From assembly GCF_000315625.1 (NCBI RefSeq), contig NW_005434440.1:1-55619 (forward strand): 55,619 bases of DNA, given 5' to 3'. This document shows positions 13,201-28,200 of this stretch, piece after piece. The notes under the pieces were generated by a model. It saw only the letters and a list, made by a program, of their open reading frames with translations. It searched no databases and had not been told where the DNA came from. The position numbers were made by a program, and so were the translations under genes. Source of the stretch: Guillardia theta CCMP2712 (lineage: Eukaryota; Protista; Cryptophyta). Numbering within the stretch: position 1 is the first letter of the stretch; the number at the start of each line of letters is the position of its first letter.

Positions 13201-16200
13201 GAAGAAGTCAAGTGTTATCGTCCTGAAATTTCCCCCTCGCTCCTTGTCCTTCTGTCGGTCAGTTGGAAGCAACCCTACGATCCGTGGAGCCCAGTGGTCC
13301 TCCTCACTCACCAGCAGAGCTTTGACTGAGGTCAACACCTCTTCAGCAACGCTCAACTTGACGTTTCCTGTACAATGCGGCGAGCCTGCCTACCCTACCA
13401 TCTTGGTCAAGCCTCTTACACCTGATACCATCCCAGCTGGCGTCCGGGTGGCTATGAATATCTCGCTGGTGAGGATGCCAGTCAACCCGATCTCAGTCCA
13501 GCTTGAGGTTCAAATCTACAATGGGTCGGTCGACTTCGCCTCCGCCGATGGGTCCCTCAGCTCTGGTCCAGCTGTCCAGCAAGCCTCAGGACTCTCAACA
13601 CCGGCAGCTGGGTTTGCGAATGTCGAGCTGCCGAGGAGCAATGTGTGGATCTATCCGGAATCAACGCTGGTGAGTGCAAGCACGTCCTTCAACGTTCTTT
13701 ATCACAGCCGGACGGGGCTGCCGTCCGATGGCTACCTTGAGGTGGACTTTCCTGATGGTTTCGATGTCTCTCAAGCTTCAGTTGCCGGTGCTGCTCTCTG
13801 TGGTGCTGCCACCTACAAAGACAGCACCAGTTACTCGCTCTCCTGGACCTCCACCTCGATCAACTCCAACTTTAAAGACCGACAGATTTACCTGATGAAA
13901 ACAACCGATTGTACGGTCTCAGAGTCCTTTTCATCTGACATGACAACCATTCTTCCCACCACCTTCTTCGGATTCACTGGTGGGGTTCGTAACACGCCAT
14001 TTCAAGGCTGCGTCAACAAGGGATTCGCAACGTACAAGATTTCGAAATATTCTGTGACGGCGACCACGAGGGTGGTGGAATTCTCTTCAACAGTGGCAGG
14101 TGATTCAAACACAGTGCTCAGGTACGCGATTGACAACATGTGTAGCACTTGCACTACAGTCATCGAGCGTGTAGGGAATCGGACCCTCAGAGTAAGAGGC
14201 TTCGCAAACAGCTTTCCACCCTTCTCTCTTGTCAACGTGACTTTTCAAAGGATTCTCAACGGTCCCGTTGCAGGCATCGCGAAGCAGGGCTATGCTCTCC
14301 GGGCATATGACAGTGCTGGTCGTCTGTTAGAGAGAGCTTTGGATATCACCCCTACCAACTTGACCAAAGTAAGCACCAACGCGTTTGTTCGGCTGCAAGA
14401 CTACTCGGCTCATGCGCGAGGAAGTTTCTATCTCTTTGTGGCCGCCACCAACCCGATAGCGGCTGGATCGGTGATCGTGATCTTCTTTCCTGCTGGTTTC
14501 GACGGAGCTGAGACGATCACACAAGCGCTTGTGCCTCCAGCCTCTGAAGTCCTTGACTTCCGACCCAGTTGGCTTCAGAACGCTGGCAATGTGCAGCAAG
14601 CGGTTGAAATGGAGGTTTTGAGCTCAGCTTGTCTATCGCAATGCTCCTCTCTGCGCGTGCGCGTCCTTTCTGATGTTGTGAGGGGAAAGATACTCTGCAT
14701 CAAGTTGGTGGGTATGCTGAGAAATCCACTCCGTCCCACCTCATTCAGCAATCTAACTGTGCTGGTACAAGACAGCACAGGGCAGGAGCAGATGTACAAT
14801 CAAAGTGTTCCTGGCTTCTCCATAACACCAGGCAAGTATGCAAACATGCAATTGACAACCAACAATTCGATCGTCGGAGAGACCTCAGAGCTTCAGTTTC
14901 AGTGGTACTCCGAGTCCGGAGTCGCCAGTACCGACTACTTCCAACTCCAAGTGCCACCGGCCTACGAATTCGTATGGAAGAGGAGTGATACACAAGAGGC
15001 CGTTCAGGTCCGAAGCTTCTCCAACTTACGGGGCATCCTTGCAGTGTATGCTGTCAATGGCAGCACCATCATCATCCGCCGAGACACTGCGATTCCAAGT
15101 CAAAACGTGTTGGTCAGCTTTTCGTTGGGACCCTTCAAGAACAGGTGAAATGTTCACATATAAGATGTATGTGTGATGCTGATGATGTTACAGGCGAGAA
15201 GCATCAACAAACTACAACAATCAAAGTGTTATTCCTGGCAATTTCACTCTCACCCTCTTTGATGTGAACAACAAATCAGTGGAGAGCTCTATTATCGTGG
15301 GTCCAGCACTAACAGCCAAGTATCTTGACGTGGAACTCAATTTCTCCGACTCCCGATCATCCTCGTTTTCGAATCTCACATTCGCTTTCACCTTGTTGAG
15401 ATCTTTCAGTTTTTCGGACAAGCTTATGATAGTTCTTCCACCGGGGTTTGCGGTATTGCCGCAGATTGGCTGCACTTTTGTTGTGAATAATGCGTTTCCG
15501 TCAGTTTGCTCCGTCTTCAATAAGAAACTGATCAATGACACGAAACTCTTCGTCGGCCTTGAGTTGAGAAGCTTTGGAAATCTCAGCTCAGGACAGAGTT
15601 TTTCTCTTACTCTCAGCAACGTTCTGAATCCTAAGGCAGGGAGACAATTGACTGGTCCCTTCCTGCTCATGACAACTGATGGTGTTTGCAGCATAGCATC
15701 ACTTCAGTCTTGCTACTCGACCATCCTGTCAAACTACCGGGCAAACAAGGACTATCAAATTGTTGAAGGAATGATGTCAGGAACCATCAGTCTCTCTCAA
15801 TCCCTAGCCGGAGACCAAGTTCAGCTGTCAGTCGACCTGACAACTCGCAACCCATTCCCAGCAGGGGGGAGTGTAGTAGTCAAACTCGCTCCAGATTTTT
15901 TTGCGGTTGAAGGAGTGCGGTACTGTTCTTCTTTGTTGTTGAACGGAGTCTGCAACAACCCATGCCATGACGGCATCAACTGCGCCGTCGGCTTGAAAGC
16001 TGATGTTCAAGTCTTCTCTGCAGATTCAGGGCGTGAGGTGGTGCTTGTCAACAGTATGCAACCAACTCTTTTCACCGATTCCGGACTTGTGTTTCTGCCA
16101 GGTCTGCAAGACTTGGGGGCAACGGATGCCTTGTACGTTCCCGGGTTCGAAGGGGTTAGGATAGCTTTCAATATCTCTTCCATTCGAACGAGACAGGTTT

Positions 16201-19200
16201 CTGGTCGCGCAGGTCTGTTTGACATCTTCACGAGAGACGCCAACGGAATGAATGTTGACCGATTGACTGACTACGCCGACTCCTCATTGTTTCAGCCCAA
16301 CTCTCTACTGTCAGTCGAAGTTGCTCCTCTCAGCCTTGCCGCGGGTCTTGTCACTGCCTTGTACGTTCGCTTCGAAAATTTCAATCCGATCCCTCAAGAC
16401 GGCAGCATTGAGATCGGCCTGCCTCAGAGCTTTGCCTTGAGTGATGTCCGCATTCCTAACGGAGTCTTTCCAGACTCGTCTGGCATGAAGTATCTCAACG
16501 GAAACATCAATATCTCACACGTCAACCAGACCTCAGTCGTTCTTTCGCTCGTCCACCTCAACGAGTCGATAGCTTCCAACACCAATGTCAGATTGTTCTT
16601 GCAAGACATTCATAACCCTCTAGAACAAGGATTGTATTCCATGCCAAAAGTGAGAACCAAGTCCTCAGCCAACCTTGTCATCGATCAAGATCTCCAGGTG
16701 CTTGCAAACTCAATCCTCCCTGCTGTGATGCAGTCTGCAACGCTGTATCAACCTGCTGGTCCTGTAGTTGGCATTGGTCAAGATCAAAAACTCAATTTTG
16801 TTGCTCGAACTCTTATCAACGGTCATGTCAAAATATCGTTCCCCCCTTCATTCATATTTGCTATCAAAACCGTCCCCGTCAAGGAGATCAAGAAGGATGG
16901 TCTTACCCATTGCAGTAACAACTGTCAACTTTCAGCAGCTGTTACACCCTCTAACGTTGAGCTCTTACGAGTGCAAGGTGTCATACCATTCTCAGTGTTT
17001 GCTGACAGGGTGCAGACTGTAACGGTTTATGGATCAGGTTTCTCGTCTCAACTTGGACCAGTGATACCTGTCTTGGGTGGCGAAGTACTCCAGGTCATGT
17101 CAATGACGGACGTACGAATGCTGGTCCAGATCACTTGCCCTGCTAGTTCCTACTGCCAGATTCAATCTTCAGACAAAAGAATGTTGTCAATCGAATTGAG
17201 CTACACCACAGAGAAAAACTTGACGCTTTTCACCGCTGACAAGGTCAACATTACCTTATACAAACCAGTGGCTGGTGCATGTCCAAACAACTGTGGAGGG
17301 TCGAAGAGAGGTGTTTGTACAACATCTGTTTGCACCTGTTTCTATCCTTTCACAGGGATCGATTGCAGCACTGCTCCTTTCATTCGCAGTGTTTCACCGA
17401 ATTTCGCCAGTTCTTCGGGAGGCTCCGTCGTTGAGCTCTCAGTCACAAGTCCTTATCCTCTTTCCGACCTGGGCAGGAGCTACAGGTGCATCTTTGACAC
17501 TAGGATTGTGACGGCTGTATACAACAGCGCAAGGCAAAGCTTGACGTGCACAGTTCCTCCTATGACGAACAATGATGCAATCCTCATAGATATTTCGATC
17601 GATCAAGGCTTGACATGTGAGGTCGAGGGCTGCTGTTTCACCTCAGACCCTTGCTTCATCGGCGCCTTGTCGGGTCGACCACTGTCATTCAGCTATTATG
17701 ATGCTGCAGCTGTACCAACAGTGGGCTATCTTGAAGTAGACGCTTCGTTCCATGCTCACATCTTCACGCATGGGTCTCATGCCGGGTCTGATCTGCCTCA
17801 TGCGCATATCGTACATGTCGCAGACCTTGTGAGTGGTACAGTGCAGGACGCCACGAGGTTTGGGTTCCACCTGGAGCCAGGAAAGGACTGCGGTCAAGAT
17901 GCAGGCTGCGTGGGGTTCACGGTAGTCTTCCAAGGAAGCGACTTCGAGCAAACAGCAGAGATCCTGAGCTACTCGCACACAGACAAGTATGCCACCATCT
18001 CGGAGATTGCCATCGCTCCAACGTCTGGCTTCACTTACACCATCGGCCAGTACCTCGTCGCTCGATCCCTCACCGTCGATCGCTCGTGTGCGTGCGAGCG
18101 AGGCAGCTTTGACTGTCACTGCTACAGCCGCACCGGCTACCACGACCACGTCTTGATTCATAGACACCTGACCTCACCTCCTCACGTGCACATGATTCAC
18201 CTCGCTACCCCCGCCATCGGCACTCCTCCACCCCTTGCAAACTTGAGTCAAACCAAAGAGATGGATGAATCGATCGCGAGACTCTTTGCCGGTGGTCCCT
18301 ATGACATTGTTCCATGGCAGTTCGTTCAGGGGCTGACCGACTTCAGTATCCTCGAAGAGGACATGATCAGATCAGACGGCTACGACGTTGAGTTCAAATT
18401 GCCCTTCAACGTGACCTCTGCGACTGACATTGATGTTACCTTTGACAGCTCCAACCTGATCATGATGCGGCAGAGCTCGGGGCCGTCGGGAGTCTTTCAA
18501 GTTCGTACGATGGATTACTCAAGGCAGACGGCATGCCTTAAGTCTGCTCGAGCTTGCAACACTGTGGTGGAGCGAGGCTTGTTGGTTTCGTCTGTGTTGG
18601 TCACTCCTGGCACTTTGACGCTCTCAGTTGCTGCTTCGGTTCAAACTGCCGCAAGTCGGTGTGATCTTCTTTTCAGCTTCAAACTTCAGAATCAAATTCC
18701 TAGCGCAAACGGGAAACCAGGACACTTGGAAATCTTCTTGCCAAAGGTGGTCAAAGTGGACAGAACGAGCTCGGTTTCAAGGTGTGGTAGCGTGGCTTGT
18801 GACAGTTCTGACTCTGTCCCTTACTACTTCTCTCTTGTCCAGTGTAGCTCTCCAAACTATGCCAGCGCAGAGCCATGCAAGGCCGCGTCAAACTACATGC
18901 TGGCATCCAAGTATCCAGACTTGTTCAGTGACAGTCAGATTGTCCTTGTGGAGCTTGACAGCGCCTTGCCCGTCAACGAGGCTCTCACGTTCAAGCTGTT
19001 CAACGTCGTTCTACCCCCGTTCTCAGGGCAAACTGACCCCTTCTACATGCGATCTACGGTTGCAGATGGCAGTGTGGTGGACTCCGGAATGGCTTCAGGT
19101 ATCAGCATTGAGCCTCAGGCATTTCTTTCAGCAGACCTTCAGCACAGTGACGAGACTGTCTTAGCTCTCAGCAGCTTTGTGATCAATTTTGTTCCCATCG

Positions 19201-22200
19201 TTCCTTTGTCGTCTGGCTCATCTTGCAAGATAGAATTTCCGTCAAACTTTGACATTGCTAACATTCAAATTTCTGTTGGGAATATTTCCTCTCAGAATTT
19301 CAGCCTCGTCAACAGAAGCGCGACCTTCACATGCGCGTCTGCTCACATTGTTGTTGAGAACGTGAGGAATCCGGACAATGTGGGCTTGAGTGGGAGGGTG
19401 AGGGTGTCAACTTTGGTACAGGAGGGAAGTGCTTACGAGCTACAATCGTTTCTGTCGCAACCTCTGAGTGTAAGAGAAGCTCATTTTGACAACGTCATGA
19501 TCGATCTGACCGACTCGTTCACATCTGCCGTGTCAACCATCAAGATTTCATTGAAATCTCCCATCTCTCTCAATCATGCGACGAGCTTGAGGATCTCTTT
19601 CCCTTCTGGGTTTTCAATCAGATGCAGGAGAGACATCGGTAGCTTGACGTTTCAAGATGGTTGTGAGACGCCATTTGAAGCGTTTGACTCCAACGGAAAG
19701 AACTGTACCGGAAGGCATTGTACCAGCTGCCCGATTGCCTATATCATCGCACAGATTCCTTCCTGTGTGTCGAACTCCTTGTTTGTTGCCAACTTCTCCA
19801 TTCCAGATCTTGTCAACCCAGACTTTGATGGAAGGTTGGAGGGATTTTCGCCAAGCTTGGAGAAGCAGGGGAGTGTGTTAGTCGTGAGTACGGGCATGCC
19901 AATACCCAACCTGTTCCTCTATCCCCGGAAACTTCTGTCTAACATCAGTTTGACTCCGCCTTACGCGGGAAGTGAATCAGTGTTGAACTTGTTTGTAAAC
20001 AATTCTGATGGAAACATTACAGATCCTTTCCTTGTGCTCGACATCCCAGCGTTCTTTGAGTTTGATCGTAACGCTGTTCATATAATGATCAACGGAAATT
20101 CTTGCACTTGCATGCGAGCAACCAACGAAGGGTGCTGTCAGTATGGGCGAAGTTTTTACCTACGCCCCACGATCAGGCTGCCTCCTGCGCTCTCTTACAA
20201 CCTGACGATCACGGGGGTGAAGAATCGTTTGACGGCAGGCAGCGCCACTTTTACCTTGCGGTCTGCAAACGACTCAAAGACGATGAAATTCACGAGTCAA
20301 GCTCTGATCGACACATTCATAGATCCATACCCCTTGTCAAACAGCTCAGTCAAGCCTTTTCTGCGCGAAGTTGTCAAAATCCAACCGAATGGAGCGTCTG
20401 AGGGAGTGTACATTGCTACTGGCGAGTTTCACGCTGGGTCAATAATGATGTTGAATGTGAGTTTTCAAGCCATACCAGGACATGCGTTCTCTAACCTGAG
20501 CATCGCGTTTGACCAGGGCTTCAACTTGGATGAAGCTCAAGTTCAGTTGGAGCCTGGGATTCGGGACTATGTGAGCAGTTCAAACACCACCGGCAATGAC
20601 CTTCTCTGTATTTCTCTTCCCCTCGAATTCGCTTCACAGTATCAACTGTGTAGAGCACGAGACGTACCAGCAATCAACCTTGACTTGACAGGCGCTTCCA
20701 GCAGACTCCCTGCAGTCATAGAGTTTCAGATCTCTGGGATCAGAGCTCCGACCAGCCGACAGGGAGAGTTGATGGACTTGAGGATCCAGACCATCTCATC
20801 ACGTGGGTTTGTGGTGGACGAGGGTCGCTCACACAAGTACATCTTGAAGCCCGGGACTCTTAGAGACGTTGAGATCAAGATGATTCCCTCTATTCGATCT
20901 CCTTTCCCTGCCGTGAATCAAACCATGTACCTCAATGTCTCCTTTGCCTTCTCTACTGAATTCTACCCGGAAAGTGAAGTTGCTCTTAACTTCGGTCTAG
21001 GACTGCGGCAGAATTTTGATTTTGTGGGCATGGGAATACCGGATTACTTGAACGTGTCGGAAGGGAGTAATTTTGAGTTCATTGCAATGGAGGGAGTAGA
21101 TGTTCCTACCAAGACAGTGAGAGCGTACAATGCAGATGTCAACTTTAGCAGTGGTAACTTGAGCTTCTCTGTATCCTTCAACAGCCACTTTGATCCAGGA
21201 GACAGGATTTGGTTTGTCCTCTCCAACATTCGGAGGATTGATTCGAACAGTACTGGCAATGAAACTGTCAGCAGTGACGCGACCGTTACTCTCGTGGCCA
21301 AGAACCGCTCATGCACTGATCCATCATGTTATCTTGAATCAGCAGTGAGCAACATCACCTTCTACAACTTCAATCAGACTTCTGCATGCTCAACGGGCAC
21401 GTTAGACAGCACGAGCTTTGTTGCCTGGTCGCAGAGCTTGACCAGTCAGCTTGACTGTCAGAGCAGCTTTAGCGCAATGACACCAGTTGCTCCATCAGAC
21501 ATTACACTAAAAGTTGTCTCAAATTTGACGATGTCAATCTCTTGGAAAAATCCAACCCCGGATTATTCTACAAATCAAGATTACTTCTTTCTGGGCTATG
21601 AGTTTTTGATTCGACTCTTTACAGGGCAATCGACCTTGTTCACTGAGACCAGGAGTCATCAGTGTTGTGCCGGCTATACTGAATGTTGCCAATTCAATCA
21701 GCTAGATTACAATCCAGCAAACAAGACGAGCAATCTTAATGGGAAAGGAATTGGGGTAAGCATAAGAATCAAGAATGCCTTCGGGTTCGGCCCCTACAGC
21801 AGCGAACAAACTTCAGTCATCGTCGGAGCTCCATCGGCACCCTCTCTCACAACAGTCATCATGGGCACCAACCTTATCTTGAACATAACGAGACCACAAG
21901 ATATGGGGGTAGGTGTCAATGTCGACCCTTCGAACAGCTTGGCAGCTCTCGCCTACTATGAGATCCAGTACAAGCTCAGTGATTCAAACAAGTGGCTGCT
22001 TCTAACAGAAACTGCAAACACCATCATCGTATGGAACCTCTTTGTTGAATTCTTGGAAGGAAAGAGTTATGTGTTCCGAGTGAGAGCTTACAATCGGATC
22101 TCTCCCGGAGACTGGCTTGAGCTCACAGAGCCCCTTCTGATTACGGGCGTCCCCGATGCTCCGATAATCAGAGATGTAGAGATGAGATGGCTGCAACTCA

Positions 22201-25200
22201 AGGTGACCATGAGCAACCCAGTGGTCAACGCTAGCAACACAAGTTATGACGTACTAGAAGCTCAAGTCATCCAGCTCACTGAGAGCAACTTTGAAGCTTG
22301 CTGCAACAGTGAACCCTGGAAGGACTGCAGTGCGAGAATATCGAATGTCAGTTACGCCACCACACACAACTTCACTGTCAGTGTTGCTCAAGGGACCCTC
22401 GCTCGTCTTGGCTCGACAGACCTTTATGTATTCAATGCAACTGCTGTTGAGTTCAGAAAGGCGTATAGGTACAAGGCCAGAACTCGCAGCGTGGTGGGAT
22501 GGAGCACCTGGTCTGAATGGTCCCCAGCAGTTCAGATGCAATCGAATCGACTGCCCTCGGTGTCGGCACCTGCAGCAGAGTACAAGGAAGCGATGAAGGC
22601 CTCGATCTCATGGCAAGTGAACGACTCTTTGACTAGAGATTACATCTTCAAAGTCACGCAACGGCATCTACCTTCTTATCCCTTCGCGGGAGTCAGTGAT
22701 GCCTCGCAAGTCCAGGACGTTTCGACGCCTTCGGAGTACCTGAAACCAGACACGCCTGGATTTCAGTCGCTCAGGTCATGGAACGCGACCGATATAGAGC
22801 ATTTTGACTCGGACGGCCAACATTACGTCATTGTTGCTAGTTACAACTCACAGAAAGCCTCCAACCCTGGCGCTACAATAATATACCGTAAGAGAATGGC
22901 TTGGAGCCTATTTGAAGGCGAATGCCGCGGCGACGCGTATCATTATTGCAATCATTTCAAGGCCAACAAGGAACTGTTTCCTAATGACATCACGTTTGCA
23001 GGCAATCTCTCCATCCATCAAGTTCTGTCGACCTTTGGAACCACTCGCATCAAGGTCGTCAAGGTAACGGAAGAGGAAAACAAAGTCTTTCTCTTCACAA
23101 TCAACGAAAGAAAGCCTTCTGGTTATATCTGTGTAGATGACATGACCGGAAGGCCCGTGAATGGTACCTGGGACGCAACTGTATCGTGCAATCACAGCAT
23201 GGCTGGTTCTTGTGCATTTCCAAATCAGACTTGCCTAGCAAATCCTACCTTACCAATGGTGGCAGGACATGAAGTGATGGTGTACTCATTTCGTAGTGAT
23301 GGATACTTTCATTATCAGCAGACATTAGATCTCAAAGCTGTCAGTGATGTGAAGCAAACTTATGAATGCAACTCAACAATGGTAATCTTCGCAAAGACAA
23401 GTGACAACGTAGAGATATACAAGTGGAGCAAAGCTGATCAGTCCTTCGTACCCTTCCAGATCATCTCATCGGATGGAAGTCGAGCGGTTGAGACCTATAG
23501 AGATGAACACGATTCGCTCTGGATGTTCATCTCCCACACCTTGGCTGCAGACCTTCTGCAAAATGTTTACAAGTGGCACAATTGCTCCTTCATAGCAAAC
23601 AACTCGATCCCTGACATCAACGATGGGGACTGTTTGCATTCTGTCAGGATTGAATCTCGAGATCTTTTCATCAAGTGTTCTGGTCAAAATATTTCTGTTC
23701 TTGATATATCCAAACCAAACATGGCGCTTATACAACACATAGAATTTGAAGGCCAGGTGCAGGTTCAACCGTTCTCTATGCTCAACGGCAACGCAGTCAA
23801 TTACTTCTGCCTGGTTGCTTGCAGAGGTTCATATCATTCAGTGCTGATCAAATGGGAAAAAACAGTTGCCAGCACTGGAGTTGTGTTGTTTGAAGGATTT
23901 GTGGCTTTCCGATATCTTTACACGGCAAACCCTCAGCGGTGGACTGTCTTCAAAGTTGACAGCAGCTTGTTTGCAGCTGTTGCTACCATGACTCATTACG
24001 AGGCGACCAATGAGCGATCCTCGCAAGTTCTACTCGGCTGTCAACATTCAGATGTTCAGTACACGTCTGCAGACTCTTGTTGTGCCAAAGCCGGTTCATT
24101 CTGCATCGCACAAGGTTCCTCATACTTTGATATCTTGTGGAATGGAACTGCTTCTTTTGTGCCTGTCTTTCAGCTCTCTCAATATTATTGGCCGACTTAC
24201 GACATTCAAGAATCTTTTGCGTGAGTGATTGTTTCCCTTTATTTGAAAACCTTGACTTTGTTTTCAGGTGTAATATGCACACTGAAATCAACTTGACCTG
24301 GGCATCGGCTGGACCATCATACGATATGTTTGGCGACAAGACCATCGTCTCCATTCAATCTTACAACTTTTACGGTCTCGGTCAAAAATCGACAACAGTC
24401 GACGTGAGGGGAATAGAGCCGCCAGCGCCTCCTTCACGTTTGGTTGTTGCTAACGGGGATGCAAAGACTCTGGAGATTTCCTGGACTGCTCCGTTAAGTG
24501 ATGGTGAAATCAGGCCCGACGAAAGACGATCAGATCCGAGCAAAAGGATAATCGACAAATATTATGTTGTGCTCTACCATTCAGACTGCAATTCAGTCAA
24601 TCAGCTTTCAGTTCCGGCGTATGAGGCGTTTGTTGATTCAAACACTTTTAGTCGCACTGTAACTGATAGAAACTTCGTGACTGGTGACCAATACTGCGTT
24701 CAAGTACAGGCTGCGAACCTGCTGGGATTTAGCGAAAAGATTGACAAGCTTGTGTACATGCTCAAGAAACCAGGACCTGTCGTTCGATTCGAAGCATCCA
24801 ACCTTCCAGGTCCCATGTCAGTTTGTGTCTCTTGGGAGTTTCCAAGCGACGTCGGCTTTGGGCTAGCAGAAACTCCAGCAGGATTCACAGACTTTGAGAT
24901 TGAATTTTTCTTATCTCCCGTCCCGGTAGCATTCTATCCCGATGGAACCTTGAACAACGCTTCTTCTGCGCAGAACTTCACTTTCACAGCCCTCGATCCG
25001 AGGAATACGACCTTGGACCGACAGCATCTAGTCAAAGGAAAACATTACTACCTCTACGCTCGCTGCAAGAACAAGGCTGGGTACTCTGATGTTACTTTTC
25101 TGACCTTCTGCGCGATTGACTTGCCAGCTCCTCCGCAACTACAATCGGCTCTTGTGAGTGGAGCGCTGTCAGTGAATGTCTCCTGGACTACACCCAACGA

Positions 25201-28200
25201 TATAGGAGTCGGTTATGAAAGCACTTGTCCGAATGTTTCTCTGTCTTGGGTCGTGATCCAGGTGTCTGTCAACAGCAACTTCGCCCCTCTGATGATCTTC
25301 GCGGGTCGTGATCATGTCAAGCAGGAGGCTGCACAGAGTTGGGTGCTTGTTCGCGGGTTACAGAAAGCAGTCAATTATTTCTTCCGTGCGTTCTCTGACA
25401 ACGTTGTCGGGTCCAGCTTACCCTCAAATGCTCTGAGCAGAAAGGCTGCGGCACCTCCATCTGCTCCCTTCATCAACAGCACAAGCAACGTCAACCCGAA
25501 TGCTATTCTAGTCAACCTGCTTCTTCCTTTGGACACGGGCTACGGGGACACATCGCTTGAGATCATCTCCTATGATCTTCAGTTCTGTCCCTCGCCAGAC
25601 TTTACCGGGAATGGCCTCAAACAGTTTTCATCTCCCCAACTTTCGTTTGAAGGTCAAGGCCTCGTGCCTGGCATCCTCTACTACATCCGAGCTGCTGCTG
25701 TCAGCGCAGCTGGGAGAGGAACGTGGTCACTCGCAGTGTCTCAGGTCTGTGTGGGCGTCCCGTCGGCTCCTCACATCACAACGGCCGTTGTTTCAGGCCC
25801 TCTCACCATCTCCCTCCATTGGACTCGCCCGGCGGATACAGGCGTTGGTCCTGACGCCGCGTACCCGCTCACCCAGTACGCCGTGCAAGTCTCAGCTTCT
25901 AGAAGCTTCGAGGATTATTCCGAGGTAGTCGTAGATTCTGACATGTCCCTGCTCTCTCGGGAGTTCAAGCTAACGAGTGCAAATATCTCTCTCAAGTTTG
26001 AAGCCGGGCAGGTGTACTTCTTCCGGGTAAGAGCGCACAACCTTGTTGGTGCTGGTGCTTTCTCTCAATACAGGACATGTCGTGCAGCGGATCTGCCTTC
26101 ACAACCTCTTGGGTTCAGTTATGTCTTGCAGCAGGGTTACTACATCTTCTCTTGGAAGTGGCCACTTGACACAGGCACGGGAGACAACACTTACCCTCTG
26201 GTGTCGTACGTGCTTCAAGTGAACAACACCAGCTATGAGGTGTTGCCACTAAGAGAAGTCTACCGGTTGTCAACCAATCTATTAGAGCCCAACAGCCTGT
26301 ACGAATTTCGAGTAGTTGCAAAGAATCTAGCAGGAAATGGCCCACCATCCGACTCTCTGTTTGATTCCTTTATCGGACCCTCGCTGCCCCCACTCAACCT
26401 GAAAGCTTTCTTGTGGTCAAGCTCCTCAATTGGCCTAGCTGTCAACCTGACCTGGTCGATGGAGTCCAGTAGGATCGCAAACAGCAGATTGAGTTTCGAG
26501 GTTCAAACGTCTTTGACTTATGACTTCCAAGCTCCTCTTGTTGAATTCACGCCCATGCTGGACAAGCTGTCTTCCTTGTTCCGCTTCACCAAGACAGGGC
26601 TGACAAGCGGAGTCATGAATTACTTCAGAGTCATTGCATTAGCCGACAACGGCTTCAGCCAACCAAGCAACATAGTCAACATTTCTGATCGCTTGATGCC
26701 AGTACTCTTGGATACCATCCCCAAGCTTATCCCATGCCATGGCAACAGTGAAATGAAAATCGTTCTCCGACATTTCGCCTTCGAGCTTGGGAGCGATAGG
26801 AGCAAGTATGGACTGACATTCGATGGCACAGCCGCGACGGTCAATGCGGTGGTGAGGCAGAGCTCAAACCTTGAGGATAACAAACCAATCTTCTCAATCC
26901 TAAGCATCACGTTGGGAGAGAGACAGACTCAGTCGGGAGGAGAAGGTCTCGTTGAATTGTTTTACAACGGTCAGAGCAAGTTGATATTTGCTGTGCCTAG
27001 AGAGATCTGCGAGGCTCCAAAGATCCAATCAGTGCTGGGCAATGGAATCACATACAATCAAACTTTGAAAACGTGGCAAGGCGCTAGATGTGGTCAAAAC
27101 ATAACACTTGGTTTAGCAAGATTGCAGGATGTGACGAGCATTCAATTAGCAATTATTGATAGGAATGTATCGACCTTTGTTCCCTACCTACTTTCTCCAC
27201 AAACAGCAGATACCCTTGAAGGAAGAATTCATTTCCTTCAGTTCAGACTTCCCACAGCTGCATGTTCATCGACAGTCATACAGATTGAACTTCACATGTC
27301 ATCCTTGAACCTCACTTGCGCTCTCTCTGTCGCTCCTGGCACAGGGCACAGTCTGCTTAGTCTTGGACCTGCTTTCATGTATGCAGGGGAGGAATCCAAT
27401 GTCACCCTGGGACTGGCAAGTGAACATCATGAGACGTTGAATGTTTACTTGGAATCCGAACTTCTTGATTGCAACGTTAACCTTTCGATTCCGCTGAGGA
27501 CGTCAATCCGTTGTAAAATACCCGCGATGAATGCGGTTGACTCCCAGTTGAAGCTTCTGCGGGTCGTTGACTTGCAGGCCTCAGTCGTTACAATCGGTTA
27601 CATTGACCTTGTGGTTGATCCCGTGCGATTGTCTTCATTTCTGGCGTATCCTGTCAATGGTGTTGCTATCAACCATTCCCTTTCACTTTACGGTGACCCT
27701 GCAATCTTGCATCAAGACAGTCAAGATGTTCTGTTGTTCGAAGTAGCAACTACTTACAAGAAGATTTCTAGGACTTCAATCATGCATATAAACATTTCCA
27801 ACAACCATTCCCAAACTTTTGCTCTCAGTGGGATGAAAGCTGAATTGATCATGCTTGGGCTGAATACCATTCGCTTCAGATTGAATGTGATCTCCATCTT
27901 GTCTTCTATGACTGAATTCGTGCCTCATGGAGTGTACGCAATCGAAATCGTTTTGTCCAGTGGTGAGAGGCTCAAAAACAAAGAAGCTTTCGTGTGGCTA
28001 CCAGGACAGAAATGCGAGGTGTCGTCTGCTCCAGCTTTTGCTGTTCCAGGGTCCAACCTCTCTCTTCGCTTGAGCCTTCCATCCTGCTTGAACTGCGATC
28101 GACCTGTTCCCAAAAGCCTTTCGTCCCTATCTAACTTGACGGTCAGACTCGGTATCTCGATGGATTCTTGCTCGGACAGGCTCGGAGACTGCGAAACATA

